Shown here: positions 32,395-32,932 of the stretch, piece by piece
Layout: each line of letters opens with the position of its first letter
How positions within the stretch are numbered: the first letter of the stretch is position 1
Source of the DNA: Octopus bimaculoides
Lineage: Eukaryota
Length of the DNA stretch: 32,932 nt
Reading direction: 5' to 3'
Assembly (NCBI RefSeq): GCF_001194135.2
Contig: NC_068991.1
Coordinates: 64,622,899 to 64,655,830, forward strand
Translations under genes and position numbers: made by a program
The notes under the pieces: generated by a model
What the model was told of the DNA's origin: nothing
Seen by the model: the letters and a program-made list of their open reading frames with translations, nothing else
Database searches by the model: none

Positions 32395-32886
32395 CCACTA
32401 CAAAACACATGGGAAATAAGGCTAAAGGACAAAATGCTCTTATGGAAATCTAAAACTTAGTATTTGCTTATGCTTGTATACGCACGTAAATACCAATATA
32501 TACAAATGTACAATAAATAAATAAAATATATGAAATTGTATCTTTAAAATATAGGTTGATTTTGCTGAGTGTTGTATACAATTAATTAGATGTATGGAAT
32601 GATTTATACATGGTAATAAATATAGGAATCTAAAGGGAGATTCCAATATAAATATATAAAAGGTGCAATAAGGGAATAATTCCATATTACTTTCTTATAA
32701 ATAATACATCTTGATCATCGGAAAATATATTTGAGATCGGTCACACTAGTAAGAGTTAATCTCAAAACTACAGTCAATATTCATACTCCTCTGGTGAGTG
32801 ATATTTTTATACCTTCTTTGTAATAACTAGATAAATAGATAAATACATAGAGAGATAGACACGTACAAACATACATACATATATGC

Positions 32887-32932
<46 letters not shown>

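Overview
AT-rich, microsatellite-dense eukaryotic DNA from a gapped assembly with 9 N-runs, most abutting simple repeats. The SINE and LINE families look like those I recall from Octopus genomes; this is inference, not a database match. No intact protein-coding gene is supported, and almost all listed ORFs are microsatellite or N-gap artefacts. The window is a mosaic of decayed transposable elements: two R4/Dong-type LINE 3' ends stacked in (TAA)n, many tRNA-derived SINEs, Tx1/L1 remnants, a mariner transposase pseudogene, a hAT MITE with an 8-bp TSD, a Helitron helicase fragment and a small TA-flanked foldback element. The most notable items are (1) a minimal Penelope-type hammerhead ribozyme core in the loop of a 73-bp near-perfect hairpin (25406-25611); (2) a 3.6-kb IS630/Gambol-like transposon with ~250-bp TIRs built from helically phased repeats and an apparent DD33E triad, sitting inside an RTE LINE and itself hit by a Tx1 LINE; (3) a 3' tail shared between a SINE and Tx1-associated sequence; and (4) a perfect C-MARE palindrome next to an RFX X-box-like site. 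A few weak candidate host-gene exons are also noted.
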